IMG/VR virus record: IMGVR_UViG_3300025635_000020
Source: an uncultured virus (IMG/VR IMGVR_UViG_3300025635_000020)
Taxonomy: Duplodnaviria; Heunggongvirae; Uroviricota; Caudoviricetes
Reading direction: 5' to 3' (one strand)
DNA length: 63,635 bases
Shown here piece by piece: positions 1 to 8,919 of this stretch. The notes under the pieces were generated by a model, which was given only the letters and a program-made list of their open reading frames with translations, made no database searches and was not told the origin of the DNA. Made by a program: the position numbers and the translations under genes. Numbering within the stretch: position 1 is the first letter of the stretch; every line of letters begins with the position of its first letter.

Positions 1-344
1 TCATACGTGACGTTGGCCGCTGGTAAAATATTAGCTTTGACTGTGATTGTATTTGTGCCAAATACCGCAACATTTGAAGTTCCGCCAACGCCAACGGTGA
101 CATTGCCACCAGAACTGACCACAGTGACATTAGAAGTTCCGTTATTGATGTTTGAACTTGTGGTAGCTACCCCAGTTAATAACGAACCATTACCAAGAAT
201 ATATGTGCCACTAACGTTTCCTGTCGCAGTTACGTTACCAACCCCGACAATGTCACTACTGGTCAACGATAAATTATCACCGGCTGGCAGTTCTTGTATC
301 TGGCCGGTACCTGAATTAACGATTAACGGGACTCTATTTGTCAT
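1..344 (-). CDS. Tail fibre/virion structural protein, N-terminal part (runs off the window start)
   Basis: Not in the ORF track. Read by hand from ATG at 344: MTNRVPLIVNSGTGQIQELPAGDNLSL...GNVTATGNVSGTYILGNGSLLTG...NGTSNVTVVSSGGNVTVGVGGTSNVAVF. It has the same Gly/Asn/Thr/Val repeats as the neighbouring fibre genes, and a TAAATA box lies upstream at 364-369. Confidence 0.7.
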   Translation of the reverse strand, partial: MTNRVPLIVNSGTGQIQELPAGDNLSLTSSDIVGVGNVTATGNVSGTYILGNGSLLTGVATTSSNINNGTSNVTVVSSGGNVTVGVGGTSNVAVFGTNTITVKANILPAANVTY

Positions 345-366
345 TATCTTTTTCCAATTTTTATAT

Positions 367-1209
367 TTATGTGGTATACACTACTACATTTCCGCTGCTT
401 CGAGTGCCAACATTGAAACTGTTATTACTTGCCAAGGGAACTGTAACCGGTGTTGTTCTTGTCCCTACCGTGAGAGTTCTTGTAAAAACAGTGTTACCAA
501 TATAAATGTTTCCAGTGGCTCTAATATTGCCGCCTGTGACGTTGCCTACTGCGGTAAGTCCCGATGTGGTTACCACAACTACATTTGATACCCCACCAAT
601 ACTGATGTTTGCATTGCCATTTGATGATCCAATGGCGACACTACTATTACCATTAAAAATTTGATCTGTTGAAGTAGAAATGCCAGTAAGTAATGCACCA
701 TTACCAATAAAGTAATTGCCCGACCCGGCTGTAACGTTGCCATTTACAGAAATACCATTGGCTAAAAATTTTGCTACATTAGCAGTGCCGTTTACACTGA
801 TTGTAACTGGTCCATTAATATCAGCAATTGTTACATTGCTGTTGGCGTTGAGTATTTGGCTACCAGCTGAAACGGTGATACCTGTTAGGCCAGCACCGTT
901 ACCCTGAAAATAACCAGCATAAACTGTGTCATATCTGTAAGAAGGACTACCAAGATCAAATACTGCGTCAACTGATGGGCGCACAGAACTGTTGGTTACA
1001 ACATTGCCAATTCCGTTGCCTTGTAAAATTAAATTGCCGTTGGTACCATTTATTGAAATGGTATTATTGGCAATCACCACATTGCTGTCAACTGGACCAG
1101 CAGACCAAACTTGCGAAAAATTGTTGTTTACAGCTTCAAATGCAGTTCGTAACGATTCTCCAGTGCCATCATTGGCTGCTGCCCCGACGTCAATGATCTG
1201 TTGTGTCAT
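367..1209 (-). CDS. Baseplate-attached fibre protein with gp9/gp10-like N-terminus
   Basis: The N-terminus IDVGAAANDGTGESLRTAFEAVNNNF matches the T4 gp9/gp10-type 'DGTGD.LR' motif. GNVT/GGNI beta repeats follow. Confidence 0.7.
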   Translation of the reverse strand: MTQQIIDVGAAANDGTGESLRTAFEAVNNNFSQVWSAGPVDSNVVIANNTISINGTNGNLILQGNGIGNVVTNSSVRPSVDAVFDLGSPSYRYDTVYAGYFQGNGAGLTGITVSAGSQILNANSNVTIADINGPVTISVNGTANVAKFLANGISVNGNVTAGSGNYFIGNGALLTGISTSTDQIFNGNSSVAIGSSNGNANISIGGVSNVVVVTTSGLTAVGNVTGGNIRATGNIYIGNTVFTRTLTVGTRTTPVTVPLASNNSFNVGTRSSGNVVVYTT

Positions 1210-1257
1210 AGGTAATCCAGTCCTCTAGTGTATTTACCAAAGGGCAAGGATTATGCT

Positions 1258-2754
1258 TTAACCAATTCGAGTGTAAGTTAGATAAGATCCTGATGGTACC
1301 GTTACATTTGCTGCGCTAGTTTGCGCTTGAATTGTCACGTTTGCATTGCCTGCGCTATAGATTGTACCAGTAATTCTCACAGTTCTAGCTGTAGTTCCCG
1401 TCATAACCTGTGTGGTTCCTGTGCTAGCCGAAGTAGTAGATGTGGCCATTGCAAAACCAGCGGTTGGGGTGGTCTGCGTTTCTAATGTATAATAACAGGT
1501 TCCTGCATCAAAATATGTGCTGAATGCTGTTGTAGTACCTCCTGTAGGAACTACTGGCATGTACGCTTCAAACTTATAACTTGATCCTGCTAAAGCCAAG
1601 AATGCAAGATTGCCCACATTGGCCATACTAGCTGAACTAATATCAACGGCAGTACTTTGCCAAACAATGTTTTCTACCCCAATGCCTGTACCAAACATAT
1701 TGCCGGTAACATTAGCATTGCCTAAAATAGCTGTAGCGGCCAACACTGATCCTGTGGCACTAACATTGCCTTGAGTTTCTAAGCCGCCACCTGCGTATAT
1801 ATTACCCGTGGCACTGACCTTGTTGTCACTGTTGATGTTGCCGCCACGAATGTTGCCAGTGGCTGAAATACCACTGGCGCTGCCACTTATCACACCCACG
1901 CTGATGATGTTGCCACCAGTAATGTTGCCAGTGATTGAAGCGTAGCCTGTGGCCACCACATTAGCACCCGAAACTAAATTGCCAGTTGCAGTAACCAATC
2001 CAGCTGTAATTATGTTGCCACCAGTGACGTTGCCAACCGCAGTAAAAGTACTAGATCCATACATTGTGCCAGTAACAGCAAACGTATGCAAGGGTGCAGC
2101 ATTAGCAATACCCACATTACCTGTGGCTCCCAACACTGCAATTCTTGTAGTTGAATTAGTCTGCAACAATATATTAGCATTGCCGTTTACATCACTGTAA
2201 ACTGCTCGAAGCGCAGCGGTAGTCCTAGGCCCTAATCCAGTAGAATCTGCTGTGGTCCATTCAACTGAACCAATATTTGCACCCAAAGTAGTTACTGCTG
2301 TGTTGGCATCTGTGAACTGAATCTTTTGAGCTGTTGTGGCACCAGATGTTTGAGTCAACACTATATTGCCTGTGGTTACTGTAACATTGCCGCTTGTAAC
2401 ATTACCTGTAGCAGAGACTTGACCTGTAGTGAGTATGTTTCCTCCCTGCACATTGCCTGTTACGCTGTAAGCTCCGGTTACATTAAGGCCGGCAGGCGTG
2501 AATACCGCCACATTTGAAACCCCGCCCACGGTTATGTTGGCATTACCACTGGATGTTTGGATTTCGATAGAAGTTGTACCATTGAACAACTTGTCGCCAG
2601 ATATGTTACCAGTTAAACTGGCATTGCCAGAAACACTTAGATCGCCAGTGATAATAACATTGGCTACACCTGTAGTATTTTGAAATGTCACGGTGTTAGC
2701 CGCGCCTATATTTTCAATAATGAGATTACCAGCAACACGCTTGTAGATAGCCAT
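1258..2754 (-). CDS. Tail fibre-like protein with GNVTGGNI repeats
   Basis: 498 aa with many SATGNV/ITGGNI repeats and a distinct C-terminal beta domain. A perfect TATAAATA late box lies at 2772-2779. Confidence 0.65.
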   Translation of the reverse strand: MAIYKRVAGNLIIENIGAANTVTFQNTTGVANVIITGDLSVSGNASLTGNISGDKLFNGTTSIEIQTSSGNANITVGGVSNVAVFTPAGLNVTGAYSVTGNVQGGNILTTGQVSATGNVTSGNVTVTTGNIVLTQTSGATTAQKIQFTDANTAVTTLGANIGSVEWTTADSTGLGPRTTAALRAVYSDVNGNANILLQTNSTTRIAVLGATGNVGIANAAPLHTFAVTGTMYGSSTFTAVGNVTGGNIITAGLVTATGNLVSGANVVATGYASITGNITGGNIISVGVISGSASGISATGNIRGGNINSDNKVSATGNIYAGGGLETQGNVSATGSVLAATAILGNANVTGNMFGTGIGVENIVWQSTAVDISSASMANVGNLAFLALAGSSYKFEAYMPVVPTGGTTTAFSTYFDAGTCYYTLETQTTPTAGFAMATSTTSASTGTTQVMTGTTARTVRITGTIYSAGNANVTIQAQTSAANVTVPSGSYLTYTRIG

Positions 2755-3342
2755 TTACAGTTCCTTTGTGTTATTTATACGGTATTGAAAGTCTTGTATA
2801 GGCATGTGAGCCAAGTTGGCTATGGCTCGAATATCTGACAAATCTGCTGTGGTTTCCCCGACAACACGGAAAAAACTGACTTTGGGAAAATCTTTGGTTA
2901 TTTGCCGTAATTGGCGAACCCAATTTCCAGTAAATGTAGGATTAGCTGAACTTTTTTTGTAGAATTCTGTGTCAGCATAACAATTGTTGAACCTACCTGT
3001 GCGAGTTGGTCCCATATCAAATCCTATCAAATAGATCACTGTTGCTCCGTCTAGCGCAGCTTGTGCCACTGCAACTGGGCCCGAACTATATCCAAAATAC
3101 TGTTGAGCTATGCGCAAGGCGCCTGACCCTGGCAGTGGTTTGCGTGTGTAGTGAGTGTGTGTTTGGCTGTAGCCGTCTTGTTGTATGCGTTGACTCACCG
3201 GAGAATCAGTAGATATCAAAACATCAGGTTCAAACTCTCGATAAATGGCATTACAACCATAAACACGCCCAAGTGTTTTTAGCAGGTTCAAATCAATTTG
3301 CCGACGGCTTATACCGTTACCAAGTACAAAAGCTGGTCCCAT
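2755..3342 (-). CDS. Maf/sialyltransferase-like (GT29/GT42-type Rossmann fold) protein
   Basis: Motifs AFVLGNGISR, VYGCNAIYR, PDVLISTD, SSGPVA and IYLIGFD are typical of this fold. Confidence 0.55.
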   Translation of the reverse strand: MGPAFVLGNGISRRQIDLNLLKTLGRVYGCNAIYREFEPDVLISTDSPVSQRIQQDGYSQTHTHYTRKPLPGSGALRIAQQYFGYSSGPVAVAQAALDGATVIYLIGFDMGPTRTGRFNNCYADTEFYKKSSANPTFTGNWVRQLRQITKDFPKVSFFRVVGETTADLSDIRAIANLAHMPIQDFQYRINNTKEL

Positions 3343-3373
3343 AAAAAATCCTCCCAGTATGTATCTGAGAGGA
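3343..3373 (-). terminator. Intrinsic terminator after the 3393-4175 gene
   Basis: Minus strand reads TCCTCTCAG-atacata-CTGGGAGGA-TTTTTT. Confidence 0.6.
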
Positions 3374-3392
3374 CTTGGGGGCTAAATCAAAA

Positions 3393-4175
3393 TTAGCTTG
3401 TAACGCTGTCAACTTGTGCAAGCTGTAGCGTGCCGTTTTGCGACTGCGAACCACCAATAACTTCAGCGCCAGACCATGTAACTGTGCCTTCGTCTGTGAA
3501 GAAGTTAACAGGGTAGAAGTTTTCACTGGACTGAATATTTACTCCGTTGTTGCTGTCTGAGTAGTTACCATAGGTCATACCGTTCCAGTCACGAACCCAT
3601 TTGTTGGTAATGTAACTTGCATAAACCGCAGAGCTGTCGCCCACAGAGTAAGAAATTGCCATGTATCCTGCAGCCGGTGTTGCTGTATTTGACAAAATGC
3701 ACTGACCAACAATGTATACTGTACCTGTGCCTGTGCCAGCGCCTGTGGCAGTAAAGATATCGCCTGCAGCCGATTGTGTACCACCACCGCATGCTGACCA
3801 ATCAGTGTTGCCAACTGAAGCAATCTGATAAGCAGTGCCTGATACCAAACCTGTGGCTGCTACTGTGGCGCCGGTGGCAGCAACCAAAAACTTATGACTA
3901 CCTTTCTGACGAACAATACGACCAGTGTAAGAACTTGTGGCTGTTTGACTATCTGTGCCGTCAGACAACAAAATGTTGACCAATGCAGAAATTTCTGGGT
4001 TGGTTGCACTTGCTGTGCTGGTGGCAGGTGAACCGCCGACCACACCCAGGTAATCAGTGGCGCTCAAAGTAGCGTCACTGTTGTAAACCGGATTTGTTAA
4101 ACTACCGAAGTTGGGATAACCAGCATCGGTTAAAATGCTGTTGTTTGTTTTTTGAATTTTTAGAGCTCGTCCCAT
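3393..4175 (-). CDS. Virion structural protein (hypothetical)
   Basis: 260 aa, Ser/Thr/Gly-rich, with a strong AAGGAG RBS. It carries a module also found twice in the 5058-aa protein. Confidence 0.6.
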   Translation of the reverse strand: MGRALKIQKTNNSILTDAGYPNFGSLTNPVYNSDATLSATDYLGVVGGSPATSTASATNPEISALVNILLSDGTDSQTATSSYTGRIVRQKGSHKFLVAATGATVAATGLVSGTAYQIASVGNTDWSACGGGTQSAAGDIFTATGAGTGTGTVYIVGQCILSNTATPAAGYMAISYSVGDSSAVYASYITNKWVRDWNGMTYGNYSDSNNGVNIQSSENFYPVNFFTDEGTVTWSGAEVIGGSQSQNGTLQLAQVDSVTS

Positions 4176-4202
4176 TTGATTTCTCCTTATAGAAGCCCAA
4201 TG

Positions 4203-4265
4203 TGCGTTCTAGGCACTACGCGGTGGTTGCCGCATAAAACGCAGAATTGCGTTGACTTGTATTTA
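4203..4265 (-). promoter_or_regulatory. Late promoter plus structured 5' leader
   Basis: TAAATA at 4260-4265, followed by AACGCA/TGCGTT/AACGCA alternative pairings around a TATGCGG-caacca-CCGCGTA stem. Confidence 0.45.
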
Positions 4266-4308
4266 TGGAAAATGTAAAATAGCATTGGCTAGGAGCGTAA
4301 ATATCCCT

Positions 4309-5457
4309 ATGAATACTAATGAGTTAATTGATGCTGGTAATCAGCACAGAGCCAATGGACAACCCCAACAAGCATTGCATTGCTATGCTATGGCATTTGT
4401 ACAAGATCCTGATTCCGCTGCGGCATTTAACAATTACGGCAATGTCATGCGCGAATGTGGGTATCCGCAACGTGCCCTACCATTTCTTCAGCATGCTGCT
4501 GTTTTAGATCCCAACAATGTCACTGCGCATTTTAATCTTGCAGTAAGCTATTTACTCATGGGAGATTATCCTCGTGGTTGGCCTGCTTACGAAGCTAGAT
4601 GGAATTATGAACACTTGGTAGGAACTGAACCTAAATTTGCTCAGCCTCGTTGGCGTGGAGAAGATCTCCGAGACCGAACTATTCTTGTGGTAGGAGAACA
4701 AGGTCACGGAGACTGCATTCAGTTTGTGAGATTTGTTTACAATTTGCATTTGATGGGTGCCCGAGTCAAACTACAAGTAACAGACGGTTTGGTTCCGCTG
4801 CTCAACACCAGTGAGATCATGCAACAAGTTGCTGGTTACAACACAGACATGGGAGAATTTGATTACTGGGTTCCTATAATGAGTATTCCGGGTATACTTG
4901 GTATTACCTTGGACAACTTACCACGGATACAAAGTTACTTAAACGCCAATCCTGTGTTGATGAAGCAGTGGCAAGATCGACTAGGACCCAAGTACAAAAT
5001 GCGTGTGGGAATATCCTGGAGTGGCCGCAGAGATTCCTGGCTCAATCAACACAAATCAGTGCCGTTTGATCAAATACTGACCATGATACAACGTCACCCT
5101 GAATATGAATGGATAAGTTTACAAGTAGATGCAGCTCCGGATGAAGAACAGGCCCTGGCCGAGGCTGGTCTAAAACTTTGGCCTGGATCAATTCACAGTT
5201 TTGCCGACACAGCCGCATTGATGCAACATCTAGACGTGATTGTGAGTGTGGACACTGCTATAACTCATTTGGCTGGTGCGCTTGGTCGACCTGTGTGGGT
5301 CATGCTCAACGCCTACGCCACGGACTGGCGTTGGTTGTTAGATAGAGACTCAAGTCCATGGTATTCCACGGCAAGACTGTTTAGACAACCCCAAATCGGC
5401 GACTGGGAAAGTGTTACAAAGAAGATTGCCCAATACCTCTCGTGGTACAAAGTTTAA
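4309..5457 (+). CDS. TPR-repeat protein fused to a GT9-like glycosyltransferase domain
   Basis: N-terminal TPRs (PDSAAAFNNYGNVMRE, PNNVTAHFNLA), then EQGHGDCIQF, RVGISWSG, VSVDTAITHLAGALG and DWRW. The start is moved to ATG 4309, 5 nt after TAAATA. Confidence 0.8.
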   Translation: MNTNELIDAGNQHRANGQPQQALHCYAMAFVQDPDSAAAFNNYGNVMRECGYPQRALPFLQHAAVLDPNNVTAHFNLAVSYLLMGDYPRGWPAYEARWNYEHLVGTEPKFAQPRWRGEDLRDRTILVVGEQGHGDCIQFVRFVYNLHLMGARVKLQVTDGLVPLLNTSEIMQQVAGYNTDMGEFDYWVPIMSIPGILGITLDNLPRIQSYLNANPVLMKQWQDRLGPKYKMRVGISWSGRRDSWLNQHKSVPFDQILTMIQRHPEYEWISLQVDAAPDEEQALAEAGLKLWPGSIHSFADTAALMQHLDVIVSVDTAITHLAGALGRPVWVMLNAYATDWRWLLDRDSSPWYSTARLFRQPQIGDWESVTKKIAQYLSWYKV

Positions 5458-6419
5458 TCAACATTTAGATTTTTTTTGAAATCACGCTCAAATGCCAACC
5501 AAGATTCTTTTGTTATGAGTCCAAATGTCCGGGGCATTTGATTCATGATTCGGTTTCTAAACGCTTCACTGTGAAAGTATTGCTTGTTGGCTTGTATTCG
5601 CGGCAACACACGACGGTAATCATCTAGAATAGTTCCACTGTGTATCCATTGTTCCACAAATGCAGCAATTTTTTCCAGTCGAACGTTGGTATCTGACTCA
5701 CTGTCCCAAGACTGCCAAGGCACCAGGTCTTCAAACATGTCAAGACCTGTATCTTGTAAAAATTTGTTCACACCTGCCGATGCTACTATTATAGGTATCT
5801 GGTGTGCCACAAAAGGCTTGCATGTTTTTTCACTGATCCAGGCCAAGTCAACTGCGGTCTCTGTTACTATGTTCACGGCTGTTTGAGCATATACAGGATG
5901 GCCAACTCCTACGTCATTCCTGTTAAGATCGGTAGGTTCATCGGGCAGTCCTTGCCTGTTTATGGTGTAGACAATGTGAGACACTGCTCCGTTGTTCTGC
6001 ATGAGTTGATACAGTTTGGTTCTGTGCTCTCGGGGTTGATTGTTAAGGCACATGAAGCCTTGTGTTTTGTTGATGCCAGCGTCAAAAACGAAATCTTCCC
6101 ACCATAATGTCTTTCGCAAACTGTACGCCCAAAGAAACAATGGAAAGAAAAACACCCCCGAACTGGGTCGGTAAAAAAATTCAAAGTTGTTGGTTAGACG
6201 TGGGTAAATGTCAACTGGCAGTTGATTGTCTGGCCAAGGGTTATGTGTGATATCCAGTATGCGACGGGGATTGGGATGCTCAGCAAGTAATTCTCGAGTC
6301 CGGCTGATTGTTGTATCTTCAAGGTCATTGTCAGTGACACACAAAGTCTCTCCCTGGAACCACTGAGTCAAGTATTGTCTATTTGTGTAAAAACGACGGG
6401 GATCCAAAAACCGTATCAT
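5454..6419 (-). CDS. Putative glycosyltransferase (GT10/fucosyltransferase-like motif)
   Basis: FMCLNNQPREHR and NIVTET...ISEKTCKP...IPII resemble the GT10 'ITEK' motif region. Confidence 0.5.
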   Translation of the reverse strand: MIRFLDPRRFYTNRQYLTQWFQGETLCVTDNDLEDTTISRTRELLAEHPNPRRILDITHNPWPDNQLPVDIYPRLTNNFEFFYRPSSGVFFFPLFLWAYSLRKTLWWEDFVFDAGINKTQGFMCLNNQPREHRTKLYQLMQNNGAVSHIVYTINRQGLPDEPTDLNRNDVGVGHPVYAQTAVNIVTETAVDLAWISEKTCKPFVAHQIPIIVASAGVNKFLQDTGLDMFEDLVPWQSWDSESDTNVRLEKIAAFVEQWIHSGTILDDYRRVLPRIQANKQYFHSEAFRNRIMNQMPRTFGLITKESWLAFERDFKKNLNVD

Positions 6420-6439
6420 GTGATTTTTTGGTGAGTCCG

Positions 6440-7156
6440 TTAGAACAAGTCATCTAATTCTTGACGCAGTCGTTGCTGTTGGGCCGCACGGCGTGCTGCA
6501 CGTTCTTGTCCAACTCGTTTTTGTGCCTCGGGGCCGCCAATTTGTGCGCGACGAGCACTGTTTTCAATTTCAGCTCGAGTCCATTTACCTACTATCTGAT
6601 AAGCAGGTTTAAAAAACACAGCAATGTTGGACTCCGGATTATACTGACCAACTTTGCTTTTACCACTGGGCGGCCGAATTCCTACAACAGCAGCTCTTAA
6701 TTTTTGCCAGTTGTCAACTGGTTGCAACCAGGCCGTGTCATTGAGTCGAACTAAAAATAAAAAATTTCTCAAGTATGGGTATTGTCCCATTTCCAATTGC
6801 TTGAAAACCGTTTTCAAAGGCATAAACCACAGTCCATAGCGTTGTTGAGTCGGTTTGTCTCCCCAATAGGCAGCACCACCATAAGTGGCATACTCAGGCG
6901 ATGAATATTTTCTTTGGTCTTGAAATGCCCCCATGGGCACATCAAATGCTCGGCCTGGACGAGTCTTTTCAGGTTGGGGATGACTGCTATCGCCGCCGTA
7001 AAATCCCAAATGATCTACTGTGGTACTGCTGACCCAATAGTCATCAATGGTACCGCCGTTTTTTTGAATAATTTGGAGGATTTGTTGACGTAGTGGAACT
7101 CGAACATTCTGACCGGCTTGGGCCCTGCGTTCAACAACAATTTCTTGGATTTGCAT
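6440..7156 (-). CDS. Hypothetical protein
   Basis: 238-aa ORF with TAAATA 4 nt upstream of its ATG. No recognisable motif. Confidence 0.6.
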   Translation of the reverse strand: MQIQEIVVERRAQAGQNVRVPLRQQILQIIQKNGGTIDDYWVSSTTVDHLGFYGGDSSHPQPEKTRPGRAFDVPMGAFQDQRKYSSPEYATYGGAAYWGDKPTQQRYGLWFMPLKTVFKQLEMGQYPYLRNFLFLVRLNDTAWLQPVDNWQKLRAAVVGIRPPSGKSKVGQYNPESNIAVFFKPAYQIVGKWTRAEIENSARRAQIGGPEAQKRVGQERAARRAAQQQRLRQELDDLF

Positions 7157-7173
7157 GCATTATTTATTTTCAA

Positions 7174-7201
7174 CAAAAAAGCACCCGAGGGTGCTTTTTT
7201 G
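7174..7201. terminator. Bidirectional intrinsic terminator
   Basis: CAAAAAAGCACC-cgag-GGTGCTTTTTTG is a perfect inverted repeat with A/T tails. Confidence 0.85.
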
Positions 7202-7243
7202 TTCCTTCCCATCCCTGGGTCGAGTTGTTGCGGTCCAGTTTAT

Positions 7244-7828
7244 TTATTGTTGGAATCCAAGTAAATTTCTTAAAATAGGCTCTTTGTATAACATTTGAGC
7301 ACCTACCACTGCCAGCACTGCCGACCCAATGTAGATGGCTCTAGGCCAGCGTTCAAGTATGCGGTTGACCATGGTCGAACCAAACAGTATGATGGGTACA
7401 GAAATCAGCAAGCCAAATATGATTACCCACCAATTACCGCCCGCTGCGGCTGCAATGCCCAAGGCATTGTCAATGCCCATCACAGCATCGGCCATGATGA
7501 TGGTGCCCATGGCTCCCCAGAATGTGTCTGCTGTGTGATCACGATGTTCTTCAGCATCGGCAAATACCAGTTTCCAGGCAATGTAGAACAAGGCCAGACC
7601 ACCTATGAGCCGTAAGCCAGGTATGCTCAACAGCCAAGTGATCACCGCCACGCTGAGGAACCTAATGCCAATGGCGCCTACCGTGCCCCATACAATGGCT
7701 CGGTTTCTCAAATCGGGTGGCAGTTTGTTGGCCACCATGCCAATGATCAAGGCATTGTCGCCGGCTAGCACTATGTCTATCAAGATCACAGCCAAAATCG
7801 CCCATGCGGACGCTAATAAAGTTTCCAT
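7244..7828 (-). CDS. terC: TerC/YjbE family integral membrane metal (Mn) transport protein
   Basis: Motifs IDIVLAGDNALII, GLRLIGGLALFYIAWKL and IIMADAVMGIDNALGIA. AAGGAG RBS upstream. Confidence 0.9.
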   Translation of the reverse strand: METLLASAWAILAVILIDIVLAGDNALIIGMVANKLPPDLRNRAIVWGTVGAIGIRFLSVAVITWLLSIPGLRLIGGLALFYIAWKLVFADAEEHRDHTADTFWGAMGTIIMADAVMGIDNALGIAAAAGGNWWVIIFGLLISVPIILFGSTMVNRILERWPRAIYIGSAVLAVVGAQMLYKEPILRNLLGFQQ

Positions 7829-7850
7829 AAATTTACTCCTTGAAAGTCGA

Positions 7851-7916
7851 TTACAGAATCATTATCGCAAGCATTGCGATTGTGAACAAAGTGAATACAG
7901 GGATAGAAGAATCCAT
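7851..7916 (-). CDS. Putative 21-aa hydrophobic small peptide between the riboswitch and terC
   Basis: Read by hand: MDSSIPVFTLFTIAMLAIMIL*. No clear RBS. Confidence 0.35.
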   Translation of the reverse strand: MDSSIPVFTLFTIAMLAIMIL

Positions 7917-7929
7917 AATACGCTTTCGT

Positions 7930-8033
7930 TATTATGGTCTTGTCCAGGACCCATTCCCCGCTGACACCGAGTATTGCTACTGTAATGACGATGTCAGTGA
8001 CTGGCCGTGCACCAGCGGACTACTCCCCATGTT
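7930..8033 (-). ncRNA. yybP-ykoY manganese riboswitch
   Basis: Minus strand reads ATGG-GGAGTA-GTCC ... CTGACATCG-TCATTAC-AGTAGCAATACT-CGGTGTCAG ... GGAC-AAGA-CCAT. This gives P1 with the L1 GGAGUA/AAGA loop and P3 with a UCAUUAC loop (consensus UCAAUAC). It lies upstream of terC, the canonical target. Confidence 0.85.
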
Positions 8034-8038
8034 GTTAT

Positions 8039-8782
8039 TTATGTTCGTGACTGACAACGGTCACCGTGCCAACGGGGGTAGGTGTTGACAGCTATTAGTT
8101 GCTGGCAATGCGGGCATAACTTCTTCTCCCGCTTTGACCCACGAATGGCGTCTGCCCTGCGTTTCTTTTCTTCTTCGGTATGTTTCCGTCCTCTGATTTT
8201 ATCGCCGATTTTTTTCTTTGTTTCTTCAGCCAATGTGCCATCAAATCCAGGCTGTTTGCTTTTGTGGTTTTTAGATAAGTTTTCTCTCCATTCGTTTGAA
8301 AACGGATCTCTTTTTCTACCAGTAATAGCCTTTATCTGTTTTTCTTTTTCGTGCTGAGGTTGTATTCTACCTGTGTTAGCAGCACTAATACGTTGCTTTG
8401 CTTCTTCAGTGTGTGTTTTGCCGTAGAATCCATTACCTTCACCTTTAAATCGTTCACTCTGAATCAATGAGTATTCCTCTTTAAGGTTAGCATATACTCT
8501 GCTTGTAATCTTTGTTTTATATCGTTGTTGTCTCGGGTTCTCAGCTCGCATCATCCTAAATGCGTTTATCATTTTCCAATGTTCTTCGCCTGTAGGATAC
8601 ATCTTAGTTAGTAACCAATGGCATACAAAATGTTCTCTTGCTGTTAGTTTAGTTAGATTTGTAACGTCATCTGACCCGCCCAAACTACGTGGTAGAATAT
8701 GATGTATTTCAGTGTATTCTTTAGTTGCTCGATTTTGAGCAGCAGATGTGATTTGATTGTACCAGGTTGTATATTTGTTCAT
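8039..8782 (-). mobile_element. Free-standing HNH homing endonuclease with NUMOD3 repeats
   Basis: EIHHILPRSLGGSDDVTNLTKLTAREHFVCH (HNH); FYGKTHTEEAKQRISAA and KHTEEEKKRR (NUMOD3-like); C-terminal CPHC. Confidence 0.85.
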
Positions 8783-8809
8783 AATATTATTTATGTTTAT
8801 AATCTCTAC

Positions 8810-8838
8810 ATAGTATATTTAAGTGGCAAAATCGTCAA
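8810..8838 (-). promoter_or_regulatory. Sigma70-like promoter for the HNH gene
   Basis: TTGACG-N17-TACTAT on the minus strand. A late TAAATA box also lies at 8788-8793. Confidence 0.5.
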
Positions 8839-8850
8839 TATTTTTAGTCA

Positions 8851-8880
8851 ACAAAAAACCCACCGAAGTGGGTTTTTGTT
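8851..8880. terminator. Intrinsic terminator after the major capsid gene
   Basis: AAAAACCCAC-cgaa-GTGGGTTTTT; the loop reads TTCG on the minus strand. Confidence 0.85.
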
Positions 8881-8919
8881 TTGCTTGTATACTTGTTTAA
8901 CACAAGTACATAACCAATC

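Noticed and set aside
7..588. 193-aa plus-strand ORF
   Set aside because: Antisense shadow of the minus-strand fibre genes; its Thr/Pro/Val bias mirrors their GNVT repeats.
7015..7212. 65-aa minus-strand ORF
   Set aside because: It runs through a strong terminator and overlaps the 6440-7156 gene out of frame.
8039..8782. HNH gene as intron-encoded
   Set aside because: gp23 is complete and followed by a terminator, and the HNH gene has its own promoter boxes.
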